64,000 bases of DNA from a virus. Lineage: Duplodnaviria; Heunggongvirae; Uroviricota; Caudoviricetes. Shown one piece after another: positions 1 through 8,915 of the stretch; within the stretch, counting starts at the first letter, position 1; each line of letters opens with the position of its first letter. A model generated the notes under the pieces. The model was given only the letters and a program-made list of their open reading frames with translations. It searched no databases and had not been told where the DNA came from. The position numbers and the translations under genes were made by a program. The stretch lies in the IMG/VR virus record IMGVR_UViG_3300037488_000489, positions 53,712-117,711 of that record. One strand, written 5' to 3'.

Positions 1-365
1 AACTTATTGTTTAAGATTTCAAATGCTTGCTCAATAGCTGCAGTTTCAGCTTCTTTTCTAGATGTATAATCATTACTTTCTACATGACCCCCATCAAAAG
101 ACCATCTAAAACAATTGTTCTCAAGATCTACAGTGATTTGGATGTACACCTTATGTGCATCAAATGCATCAAACAACGCTCTAGGCATTGCATCTATCAT
201 TTTAGACACGGTATCATTATCTATACCCTGCTCTTTAGCAAAATCTTTAAAGTTTTCTGGTAGATTCTCTGAATCCTCCATAGACTCTATAAATTTAGCT
301 AAATAAAAATCTTTAACTACATTGGCTGCTTTGCCATAATTCTCTAATAATTCTTGACTACTCAT
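1..365 (-). CDS. hypothetical protein, 3' end beyond window; start ATG at 365
   Basis: Reverse-complement translation from ATG at 363-365 runs without a stop to position 1 (MSSQELLENYGKAANVVKDFYLAKF...). Continues the minus-strand gene array. Not in ORF track because it is open-ended. Confidence 0.45.
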   Translation of the reverse strand, partial: MSSQELLENYGKAANVVKDFYLAKFIESMEDSENLPENFKDFAKEQGIDNDTVSKMIDAMPRALFDAFDAHKVYIQITVDLENNCFRWSFDGGHVESNDYTSRKEAETAAIEQAFEILNNK

Positions 366-582
366 AGTTTATACATTTATTACGTGATTCTAATTTCTTA
401 CCATTTTCTTTCCACCAGTCTCTTTCATAAGACCATTCGTTAGGCTCAGGATAGTGTTGTTTGTTTTTTTCTACACTATCAAAAAGCATACCATTCTTTA
501 CACTCTCCATTTTGCAGAAGAGGATAGTAGCTTCTTCACCAAATTGGTTAACGAGCTTTTCTAATACTTCATGATTATACAT
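358..582 (-). CDS. hypothetical small protein (74 aa)
   Basis: ORF in co-directional tightly packed minus-strand array. Overlaps neighbours by a few nt, typical of phage operons. Confidence 0.45.
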   Translation of the reverse strand: MYNHEVLEKLVNQFGEEATILFCKMESVKNGMLFDSVEKNKQHYPEPNEWSYERDWWKENGKKLESRNKCINYE

Positions 583-1126
583 TTTCTTTAAGTTTATCTA
601 AATTAAGAGTTTCATTTTCTTCAAAGAACCCATCCCAAACTTCATATGAATCATCAAATTCAATATCAAGCTTATCTTCCCAAAATTGTATTAAGTCTTT
701 TGTTTTATTAAATATTCTATATTGAAGACTTACTTCGTCTTTTAATAGACCATTTCTCTTTAGCTTAACAATTTTAGGAAATATTTCTTGAAATTTAGGA
801 GAAGTTTGAGAATATTTACCTTGTTTGATTAGTTCAATATCTTTATCTAATTTAGAATTAAGCTGATACACCACTACAACATAACCATCTTCATAGTCAT
901 AATCATCTATAATAGACTTAGTACGCTCATATTCTTCATCTAGAAATTCTTTAAACTTATCTAGATTCTCTGGTTTAAAAAGAATATAAATAGAATTATC
1001 ATATTGCACTTCTCTTTCACCATCTTTTATATAACCGTTAATAAATCCATTGTCCACCAGCTTTTCTTTTCCAATACTAAGCGTGGGGACAATGAATATA
1101 CTGGTTATGGTCTTTTTTATTTCCAT
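575..1126 (-). CDS. hypothetical protein (183 aa)
   Basis: Intact ORF. Its stop overlaps the start of the upstream nuclease gene. Confidence 0.55.
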   Translation of the reverse strand: MEIKKTITSIFIVPTLSIGKEKLVDNGFINGYIKDGEREVQYDNSIYILFKPENLDKFKEFLDEEYERTKSIIDDYDYEDGYVVVVYQLNSKLDKDIELIKQGKYSQTSPKFQEIFPKIVKLKRNGLLKDEVSLQYRIFNKTKDLIQFWEDKLDIEFDDSYEVWDGFFEENETLNLDKLKENV

Positions 1127-2205
1127 TAACCTAATTTTACTACACCATTATTTAAATAGTTTTCTCTAGACACATTCCATTTGTTATTCTCAACAGCCCA
1201 TTTAAGGTCTTCTATTAAAGATGCAACACCTGGATATTGAGTTCCTTTGTATTCAAATCCATTAGCAGCATCGTTCATGTTTATATCAGACATCTGATAC
1301 ACTAATGGAGCTGTATAGTTTGTAGAGTCACATACAATAAAGGCAGGATACAATGCTACATAACCTTCACGCATTAAATCAGCAAAGGCATGTCTTATAC
1401 CTCTCCAATACAAATATCCTTGGATATAAGCCCTACGATATAAATAGTATTCTTTAAAGAATCCTTCTACAGACCAAGTACACTTCAAGTCATAAACTTG
1501 AATTGTTTTCTTCTCATGATCTATAACTACTTTATCCATCATAGATTTAAACAAATGTTCATCTACACTATATCCTTCAATTTGTATTTGATTATGTACA
1601 TCATATCTAGAACTCTTAACCAAGTTTACAATAGGAGCTGTGAAATCATTAGTCTTTAACTCTTCTACAATCTTTGTAGCATTATCTACTTCCTGCATTG
1701 TAACAACAGTTAATCCTCTACGTCTCACTTCAACCATTTCTTTGAAATACACCTCAGCATCAGTTCCTAAGAATTTACCAAGTACAGCATCTAATTTAAT
1801 CTTGAATCCAGAATCAGCATGTGCATCTCTAGTTAATTCTTCAAATGCTCTTGTAACTACACCATCTTCATTAGTACAAGCAAGTGTGTGTTTACACAAT
1901 GCTTCTACGAAATCTAACATCATAGCTGTTGGAGCATTGCTAACAACTGACATGTGGAAACGACTGTCAAACTCTTCTGGTTCTAACAATAATGTCTCAA
2001 CCACTCTACCTGTAACGGCAGCTTTACTATCTTCATCTTCTACTTGTTCATTAAGAATATACTTTTTGTGGTACTTCTTACGATTCTGAGAGAATTCTTT
2101 TAAGCTTGAACTACTGTCCATCTTAACTGCTCTGTACTGAGCTTCTGTTTTTGTTTGTCCGCTAATCATGCTGATTTTGTTTAAAGTCATTAATAATTTT
2201 TTCAC
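1126..2205 (-). CDS. PD-(D/E)XK family nuclease (RecB/Cas4/YqaJ-like exonuclease)
   Basis: Motif II/III arrangement 'KVVIDHEKKTIQVYDLKCT' (hhD ... hhDhK(T/C)) and C-terminal Q..Y motif 'QGYLYWRGI'. Replication/recombination gene neighbourhood. Confidence 0.55.
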   Translation of the reverse strand: MKKLLMTLNKISMISGQTKTEAQYRAVKMDSSSSLKEFSQNRKKYHKKYILNEQVEDEDSKAAVTGRVVETLLLEPEEFDSRFHMSVVSNAPTAMMLDFVEALCKHTLACTNEDGVVTRAFEELTRDAHADSGFKIKLDAVLGKFLGTDAEVYFKEMVEVRRRGLTVVTMQEVDNATKIVEELKTNDFTAPIVNLVKSSRYDVHNQIQIEGYSVDEHLFKSMMDKVVIDHEKKTIQVYDLKCTWSVEGFFKEYYLYRRAYIQGYLYWRGIRHAFADLMREGYVALYPAFIVCDSTNYTAPLVYQMSDINMNDAANGFEYKGTQYPGVASLIEDLKWAVENNKWNVSRENYLNNGVVKLG

Positions 2206-2404
2206 TCATTGCCCTAATTTCTCTAGGCACTTGTTTAAACCACCACCTTACTTCCATTTCATATTCACGTCCTTGGTCATCAAGTCCCCTAGGATTGATA
2301 AGCCAGAACATGTAATCCTTTCCGTCATGGTTAACAGATCCTTCATACCATATTTCAGTGAAGGATGGTTTTCTGTTAATTTTTACTGTAACTACATTTT
2401 CCAT
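2162..2404 (-). CDS. hypothetical small protein (80 aa)
   Basis: ORF in minus-strand array; no recognizable motif. Confidence 0.4.
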   Translation of the reverse strand: MENVVTVKINRKPSFTEIWYEGSVNHDGKDYMFWLINPRGLDDQGREYEMEVRWWFKQVPREIRAMSEKIINDFKQNQHD

Positions 2405-2405
2405 A

Positions 2406-2720
2406 TTAATAATCTATTTCTTCAGGGTCCCACTTATATCCATATAAGAAATAATCTGGACCACCTATTTTACTTTTATACTTATCTTTTGATGTATAAG
2501 TACGTTTACTAACTAACTCATCTGGTGTCAACACCATAAAGTCAATTCCATATTTAATTTTGATTGGTTCGTTATCATCAATAGACTTCTGTACTTCAAA
2601 GTCACGGAGATGAACTCTTCCCCCAAATTCTGATTTTACTTTAATCTCTTTCATCTTTATCTTTTTTTGTTTTAATGTTATGGCATTCTTCACATAGCAC
2701 TTGTAAGTTTTCTTGTTCAC
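2406..2720 (-). CDS. hypothetical protein (104 aa)
   Basis: ORF in minus-strand array. Confidence 0.45.
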   Translation of the reverse strand: MNKKTYKCYVKNAITLKQKKIKMKEIKVKSEFGGRVHLRDFEVQKSIDDNEPIKIKYGIDFMVLTPDELVSKRTYTSKDKYKSKIGGPDYFLYGYKWDPEEIDY

Positions 2721-3057
2721 AGAACAATCTTTCTACAAATCCTGGAAGGTCTTGTGCAGAATTCAGACTTCCTGCTGGGCAAATATGATCCACGTTGATT
2801 TGTTTCTCTGGAAACCATAATTTACAGCTATTGCATTGATATTCAAACTTTTGTCTCTTGCTGGGACCTTTATAGAGTCTGCGAGCTTTTAATTTACATT
2901 CACTAATAGGTTTCCACCATCTAGATTTCTGTCTCAATCCACTTCTAATGAAACTCCAGAATCCTGACTCTGTCATAGTACCAGCATTCCTAGTTTTAGG
3001 AACTCTTGGTTTTCTAGGAGCAGCAGGCTTTCTTTTGTTTGCTTTTTTCTTTATCAT
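2641..3057 (-). CDS. HNH endonuclease with basic N-terminal tail
   Basis: HNH signature 'CNSCKLWF...VDHICPAG...NLQVLCEECHNIKT' (C..C, DH, N, C..CH). Lys/Arg/Pro-rich N-terminus. Confidence 0.7.
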   Translation of the reverse strand: MIKKKANKRKPAAPRKPRVPKTRNAGTMTESGFWSFIRSGLRQKSRWWKPISECKLKARRLYKGPSKRQKFEYQCNSCKLWFPEKQINVDHICPAGSLNSAQDLPGFVERLFCEQENLQVLCEECHNIKTKKDKDERD

Positions 3058-3107
3058 ACTTTAATTTTAAATAACCCCTGGAGACAAAGTCCCCAGGGAT
3101 TACAAAT

Positions 3108-4679
3108 TTAATCAATTGTAACGATTCTTCCTGAAATTTCTTCTTTAATCTCATCAAGACTTCTAACAATTGTATATACTTCTACAGCTGATAAAGCAGG
3201 TAAATTGAAATCATACTTCTTGGCTTCTGCAGTGAATCCTTCTTTAGCTTTCTCAGCCAAGTTTTGCAATTCGCGAATCGCATAAGACTCATCTAATTGT
3301 AATGTATCAAAGTCTAAGTCATGTAAGATTTCTGTGGCTTCCTCACGTGGCACAGTCATAATTGGTAAATACTCATAGCATCTACCCTTAGACTCACCAA
3401 TACCTACAACCTTCATTGGATTGATTAGTACGAGAACGCTCGTATCACCACAACCTACATAATGAATCTCATCACTGGTAAAGTGTAAACCTTCAGCACC
3501 ACAATCATCAGTATTCCATCTACAGTTTTCCATAGGCATGTTTACTGGTCTACCAATACGGATGTCAAATGTTCTTGTATGAGCATCTGTGAATCTATTC
3601 TCTGCTCTATTAGGCAAATCAAGATATAACTCAGTTAAGTTACCAATCTCTTCACCATATTGAGACTCACAATTCTTGTACACTGTACCAGAACCAGAAC
3701 ACTCTGGACACTCTACATTATCACCATCGTTACAATTAGTATATCCTTCAAACCAATCATCTTCTTCATGATAAGGAACATATCCTGTACCATCACAGAA
3801 TGTACATGGCTCTAGTTCTTCAAATATAGATTTAGCAACCATTTTGTATTCACCGTCCTTTAAGAACACTAAATAATCATCAGGCTTCTTCTTCCATACA
3901 GCTTTCACTTTATTGTAAGCATTACTTACAAAGTGTACAAGCTCAGTAGATCCATGAAGTGTAACAACATTACGAAGAGCTACAAAGAATCCTTGCTTAG
4001 TGATGCTAAAGCTATTCTTCTTTAAGAAGTTATATAACTTATCAGCAACCTCAGCTCTTGGATTCAAGCAACACCACATAAAGAAACGCTTAAGTGCTTG
4101 ATACTCTTCATCTTCTATTACAAGAGCATTCATTTCATCTATATCAGCCATTCCATTAAAAGAATAACTACCAATGATTTCTAAGAACTCTTCTACCATC
4201 AAAGGTGGAATGCTTCTATTGATTCCTTTAAGATATAAACTACCGTGTTTCATCTCAAAATCATCAAACTTAGCTAGGAATTCAGCACCTTTTTGAACAG
4301 CCTTAGCTTTTTCATACTCAGCTTCAGCTTTTCTTCTTGCATCTTTAACTTCCTGCGTACTAACAAGATCAAATAAACAAGCCTCTGTTGTACATCCTCT
4401 AGCAAGATTGAAATCATCAGAAGTTGCTGGAGATTTAGTAATAATGTTACCATCATTCATTACAATAGTCAATGTATCATTAACCATTTTAATGTTTAGA
4501 TAAGGCTTATTTTGTAATGTTGTATTTTCTGTAGTGGTTGAACTCCATTGATAAGGAGAAGAAAGGGTTTGAGCCCCCTCTTCATTATCTAATTCATTGA
4601 ACGCTTGTTCAATTTTGTTTTCTACTACTTTTTCAATTGTGCGTTCTATAGCACTTTTAAACCATTTTAGACTTAACAT
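3108..4679 (-). CDS. hypothetical protein with DnaJ-type CxxCxGxG zinc-finger repeats (523 aa)
   Basis: Two canonical CxxCxGxG motifs 'CTFCDGTGYV' and 'CPECSGSGTV' plus extra Cys pairs. Immediately downstream of the GHKL ATPase gene. Confidence 0.55.
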   Translation of the reverse strand: MLSLKWFKSAIERTIEKVVENKIEQAFNELDNEEGAQTLSSPYQWSSTTTENTTLQNKPYLNIKMVNDTLTIVMNDGNIITKSPATSDDFNLARGCTTEACLFDLVSTQEVKDARRKAEAEYEKAKAVQKGAEFLAKFDDFEMKHGSLYLKGINRSIPPLMVEEFLEIIGSYSFNGMADIDEMNALVIEDEEYQALKRFFMWCCLNPRAEVADKLYNFLKKNSFSITKQGFFVALRNVVTLHGSTELVHFVSNAYNKVKAVWKKKPDDYLVFLKDGEYKMVAKSIFEELEPCTFCDGTGYVPYHEEDDWFEGYTNCNDGDNVECPECSGSGTVYKNCESQYGEEIGNLTELYLDLPNRAENRFTDAHTRTFDIRIGRPVNMPMENCRWNTDDCGAEGLHFTSDEIHYVGCGDTSVLVLINPMKVVGIGESKGRCYEYLPIMTVPREEATEILHDLDFDTLQLDESYAIRELQNLAEKAKEGFTAEAKKYDFNLPALSAVEVYTIVRSLDEIKEEISGRIVTID

Positions 4680-4691
4680 GTTTTTTGTTTT

Positions 4692-7052
4692 TTAAATTGT
4701 TTGTAATTCTTCAATTGTGTCTTCTGTCAATACTTCTTCCAAGGATGCATCCTCATTGAGCTTTATTGTGTAGTGCTCAAGGTTCACCTTGTGTTTATTA
4801 TATTTAAATAGATCAACATACGCTTTTAATAAGTCTTTATCTAATCCACCATAATAAGAACCTACTTGTCCCATTAATGGATTTAAGAACGTGAGCTTTT
4901 TAAATACTTCTTCCACCTGCTTGTACACTACTAGTATCTCCTGATCAAACAAGTTTTGATCTAAAGCTAATTCTAAAATTGCTTCTTTAGTTGTACTGTC
5001 ACAATAAGGTCTAGCATACTTATTACTATATTGTCTTATCACTTCTAACTTATCATAAAGATCTGTAGATATCTGTTTAACAATCTCAGTTCTTCTAAAA
5101 GTTTGACTATAAGTGTTTACCATCTTCTCAACGAGAAGTTGTGTAGCCATTGTTCTAAATGGTCTGTTTTTACCTTCCATAAATTTTTCTAATGTTATCC
5201 AGTTATGTAAATCTGCTTTCTGTAAGTTATCTATTGTAGCTTGTGCAACAATAACAAAGTTTGCTTGGTCACTAAATACAGACCAAAGCTTATCTAGCTT
5301 CTCTCTTTGTTCTTCTTTAGTATATACATGCAGTTTATTAACTTTATGAACATCTTCTAATTTAAATGTTGTAGGAACAAACTTAGAATATCTATCAGAA
5401 TATGTAATCTCTGTCTTGGTACCAACCTTACCAGAGAATTCACCTTTCATTCTAACCTTCTTAATACCATTCACTGTTACAGGATTAGATAACACCTTCA
5501 TTCTTTTAGCTTTCTGAGCATCTATCCATGTCTGTGGAATCTCAATAGCATCTACATCAATAAAATCTTTAGAATATAAACTAATTACATACTGGAATTC
5601 TGTGATGAGTTGTCTCCATTGACTCTTTGGATAGTTCTTAAGACTTAGAATAGAATGATAATACTTATTGTAATCAACAGATTCACCTTTCATTAATTGA
5701 AAAGGTTTTTCTTTTTTTACAAATAAGTGACACTTGCTGCTATCACCAAGTAAGCTTCTCATGTAATCTTGCTTATTCTTAGCAAGTCTATCAGAGAATA
5801 GATAAACATTACCAGCATTGTAAGAACCAATGTCTTGAATTCTTAGGTTACCACCCCAATAATTCTTAGCATTATTGAATCTGTTTCCTTGGTATCTAAA
5901 CTTTATTTGATACTCAGCTAACATGTATTCCTTGTTATGCTCAGCCATTCTCTTAAGATCTAACAACTCTACACCTTCAAGTTTAGGTTGTTTTAAAGGA
6001 ATAGTTGCATACTTAAGAAGCTCGTCAATCTCAATTCTATCTTCTTCTTTTCTATAAAAGCTTGGTAAAGATTTACGTCTATCTCCATAAAAGCTCATAA
6101 TAGAATTAATATCAGCTTTATCAGAAATTGATTCATTGAACTTCTCCATGAATACATCTGCCACCTGAGCTAGCTTTTTAAGAATAACTTGTTTAGCTTC
6201 CTGTGTATATCTGATAGCCTCTCTATTTGGTGTAGGAAACAATCCATCACTAAGACTAAAACGTAAAGCTATTTTGATATTAATCCTTTCAATACCAAGC
6301 TTCTCCCAGTCAATTGGATAGCTAACATTGTCCAAACATAAATGCATGTAATTGTTAGTAGCTATACTAGAGAATTGGAAATGCTCAGCTCTATGAATTG
6401 TGAAATCATTACTAACAGCATAACTGATGCTATTATCTACATCAAAGTATACATTCTCAAAATAAGCTAATTGCTCTTTAATCTTTTGAGTGAAACTGTG
6501 TCTATCATAATAGTTTACAGGTACAATCACCTTAACACCGTTTGGCTCTTCTGTAGCCTTTTCGTACAACAAGTCAATACTATTTGTATCTTCTCCTTCA
6601 TACATCATATACTTGCGTTCCATACCATCTTTTCTAGCTACAAAGTAGAAGCTAGAACTGTAAGCTAGTGGAGCTTTGAAACCTAAGCCCATCATACCTA
6701 ACTCTGTATTGCTATTACGCTTGGTTGATTTACCATACTTACTGATAATGTTAACTACATCATCTGCATCTAAACCAATACCAAAGTCTTCAACAGCAAA
6801 TTCATATGTATCTGCCTGATTATTTCTCTTAAATGAGACAATAATAGGTCTGTCACTCCCAGCTCTTCTGTGACTATCTAGTGCATTGGATGCACATTCT
6901 CTGATAGTAGAGCCTACTGAATCTGAATATAGATTCTTACTTAACATCTGCATCAATACTTGAGCAGAATCTAAGTCTAATGACATTTTCACAGTTTCCT
7001 GTGACTCTCCGTCTTGGAGGATGTGTGCTTCTGTTTGTTTTTCTAAGATCAT
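4692..7052 (-). CDS. GHKL (Bergerat-fold) ATPase, MORC/Hsp90-like, 786 aa
   Basis: N-box 'ECASNALDS', G1 box 'VEDFGIGLDADD', G2 box 'GMMGLGFKA' (GxxGxGFK, MORC/HATPase_c_3-like), all in the N-terminal 130 aa. Confidence 0.65.
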   Translation of the reverse strand: MILEKQTEAHILQDGESQETVKMSLDLDSAQVLMQMLSKNLYSDSVGSTIRECASNALDSHRRAGSDRPIIVSFKRNNQADTYEFAVEDFGIGLDADDVVNIISKYGKSTKRNSNTELGMMGLGFKAPLAYSSSFYFVARKDGMERKYMMYEGEDTNSIDLLYEKATEEPNGVKVIVPVNYYDRHSFTQKIKEQLAYFENVYFDVDNSISYAVSNDFTIHRAEHFQFSSIATNNYMHLCLDNVSYPIDWEKLGIERINIKIALRFSLSDGLFPTPNREAIRYTQEAKQVILKKLAQVADVFMEKFNESISDKADINSIMSFYGDRRKSLPSFYRKEEDRIEIDELLKYATIPLKQPKLEGVELLDLKRMAEHNKEYMLAEYQIKFRYQGNRFNNAKNYWGGNLRIQDIGSYNAGNVYLFSDRLAKNKQDYMRSLLGDSSKCHLFVKKEKPFQLMKGESVDYNKYYHSILSLKNYPKSQWRQLITEFQYVISLYSKDFIDVDAIEIPQTWIDAQKAKRMKVLSNPVTVNGIKKVRMKGEFSGKVGTKTEITYSDRYSKFVPTTFKLEDVHKVNKLHVYTKEEQREKLDKLWSVFSDQANFVIVAQATIDNLQKADLHNWITLEKFMEGKNRPFRTMATQLLVEKMVNTYSQTFRRTEIVKQISTDLYDKLEVIRQYSNKYARPYCDSTTKEAILELALDQNLFDQEILVVYKQVEEVFKKLTFLNPLMGQVGSYYGGLDKDLLKAYVDLFKYNKHKVNLEHYTIKLNEDASLEEVLTEDTIEELQTI

Positions 7053-7054
7053 AA

Positions 7055-7417
7055 TTAAAAGTTTACTTCTATGTTAAATTCTTTAAGGATTTCTTTTGCT
7101 TTAATAATGTTTTCTATGTCTACTTGTTCTGTAATGTTATCTCTATTTAATTTGAGAATTCTTGTGTCCCTTGGTGTATTTACATAACTCTTCCAAATTC
7201 TAGTGAGTTTCCAAGGTTTTTCAAAATCATTATATTGTGCATCTTTATGGGATTTTTCCCACCAGTTTTTAGACTCAACTACTCCTGAAGGTGTAAAGTA
7301 CTGAAATGTACCACCTCTTCCTTGACCATAATATATACCAACACTAAAATCATTACCATTAGCTATGGCTACTAAATCACCTTTGTGGATATCTCCACCT
7401 ACTTTTACGTTATACAT
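7055..7417 (-). CDS. hypothetical protein (120 aa)
   Basis: ORF in minus-strand array; Gly-rich centre. Confidence 0.5.
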   Translation of the reverse strand: MYNVKVGGDIHKGDLVAIANGNDFSVGIYYGQGRGGTFQYFTPSGVVESKNWWEKSHKDAQYNDFEKPWKLTRIWKSYVNTPRDTRILKLNRDNITEQVDIENIIKAKEILKEFNIEVNF

Positions 7418-7429
7418 AATTGTTTTTGT

Positions 7430-8149
7430 TTAAAATGGTGTACCATCTAACCATTCAATTTGAAAATTATTGTTGTCTTTAATCACCTTGTTTACCATTC
7501 TGAATACATCTCCAGATTCCCATTCTGTATTCTTATAGCTAGCTGATGCAGGGTGTGTAGTTGTGAAACTCCATACAAATGGATTTGCATATCTAGCATA
7601 CTGTGCAGCATCTTTACCTAAGAATATATAAGGAACTTGTTGAGGATTTAAAATCTCCTCTATGACATATTTAGTGAATGGTTCCCATAGTTTGATATGA
7701 CTACCTGCTTTGTTAATCTCAGTGGTTAGAGATGCATTAAACATCAATACACCCTGGTGAGCTAGATAGCTTACATCTGGATTAGTCTTGTCACAATAGG
7801 CACATAGTCCATTGTACACTTCTCTTTCAATTGCCCCATAGAACTGCTCTAATGAAGGCTGTAATATACCAGTGGTAGAACAGCCCATTAATAAACCATC
7901 TGCTACAGGAGAACCTTGTTTAAGTGTATGATATGGAGCCATACCCATCATTACAATCTTTAGCTCATCTAGTGGAGTCTCCATAAAACATCTATAGACA
8001 TTAGAAGACAGAGGAGCAATTTTCTTGCCCCTCTGACTCTCTGACTTAAGAAATTTATAGATTTCATCACAAGCTTCGCTCTCAATAAATGGTCTCATCT
8101 TTAAGTGCCAAGACTCATGAAACTGATCTTTAAATTTTTCCCAATTCAT
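7430..8149 (-). CDS. uracil-DNA glycosylase family-1 (UNG) homolog with substituted catalytic aspartate
   Basis: Collinear UNG motifs: 'FHESW' (FGESW), 'GMAPYH' (GQDPYH, Asp to Ala), 'LAHQGVLMFNASLT' (WAKQGVLLLNAVLT), 'GSH', 'WEPFT' (WEQFT), 'IFLGKDAAQYA' (FLLWGSYAQKK), 'THPASASY' (AHPSPLSVY), 'IEWLDG' (IDWKEL). Confidence 0.75.
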   Translation of the reverse strand: MNWEKFKDQFHESWHLKMRPFIESEACDEIYKFLKSESQRGKKIAPLSSNVYRCFMETPLDELKIVMMGMAPYHTLKQGSPVADGLLMGCSTTGILQPSLEQFYGAIEREVYNGLCAYCDKTNPDVSYLAHQGVLMFNASLTTEINKAGSHIKLWEPFTKYVIEEILNPQQVPYIFLGKDAAQYARYANPFVWSFTTTHPASASYKNTEWESGDVFRMVNKVIKDNNNFQIEWLDGTPF

Positions 8150-8150
8150 A

Positions 8151-8915
8151 TTAAAATATTGATAATTGATTAAGTACTATTTCTCCTTGCTCATAATCCA
8201 TTGGTGTTACATCATATGCATAATCATTAAAGAACTTGTGTGCTTTGATGTGACTCTCCATCCATAAACCTGGATGTACTTCCTTCATAGCAAAGGTGGT
8301 GTAGTTATACAACTCCCATAAGCTATCAGGTGCACCATAATCATGTGTAGGATTATTCATCTCTCTGCTGATAATGTTCATCTGTGTAGACTGGATGAAC
8401 TGTTCTTCAATCATCATTCTACCAATCAACTCAGCTTTTGTACGTCTAGTGATTTCCACTTGCTTCATTTGTTCACGTTGAGTTTGCATCAACTTGAATG
8501 AGTCTGCAGCTGTCTTGATATAATCTCCAATAGCCTGTGGTGTGAATGATTGAATTTCACCAACGTGCTTCTTCTTGAATGCACCATAGTCACCTGATAC
8601 ACAACCATTAGAACATACTAATATACGTGTACCAATAGCAAACTTTAATGTAAGTTGCTTGTTATAGCTATTCTGCCAACCAACTTGTAATTGCATTTCA
8701 CTATCTGCTACGTTACTGATAGAGAATCTACCGTTAGCAATTTGTCCATTAGCAGCTGCTGAATATGTTTGTTTATCTAAAATGAAACCAGCTTTGCTAA
8801 TACCATCTAATGTAAGGTCTATTAATTGACCATGTGAAACAGGCTTATAAGTTCTTGTCTGTACAGGAACTGGTGTGTTGAGAATTAACTCTTTTGTTGT
8901 GTTATAAACTTCCAT
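8151..8915 (-). CDS. hypothetical protein (254 aa)
   Basis: ORF in replication module; no motif recognized by eye. Confidence 0.55.
   Translation of the reverse strand: MEVYNTTKELILNTPVPVQTRTYKPVSHGQLIDLTLDGISKAGFILDKQTYSAAANGQIANGRFSISNVADSEMQLQVGWQNSYNKQLTLKFAIGTRILVCSNGCVSGDYGAFKKKHVGEIQSFTPQAIGDYIKTAADSFKLMQTQREQMKQVEITRRTKAELIGRMMIEEQFIQSTQMNIISREMNNPTHDYGAPDSLWELYNYTTFAMKEVHPGLWMESHIKAHKFFNDYAYDVTPMDYEQGEIVLNQLSIF

Noticed and set aside
27-306. Plus-strand ORFs 27..263 and 115..306
   Set aside because: They overlap a longer stop-free minus-strand frame (1..365) that continues the co-directional minus-strand array. The plus-strand translations are low-complexity.
1640-2089. Plus-strand 149-aa ORF inside the PD-(D/E)XK nuclease gene; likewise internal ORFs 5113..5349, 6471..6668, 9458..9743, 29241..29588, 32991..33200, 37697..37957, 41825..42160, 53661..53858
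   Set aside because: All are embedded antisense or out of frame within longer, motif-supported genes, with Ser/Leu-rich low-complexity translations typical of AT-rich shadow frames.
4692-7052. Calling the GHKL protein a type II topoisomerase (T4 gp39-like) or a histidine kinase
   Set aside because: No Toprim (E..DxD) or H-box was recognized by eye. The G2 box GxxGxGFK points to the MORC/Hsp90-like branch, so only the superfamily is asserted.
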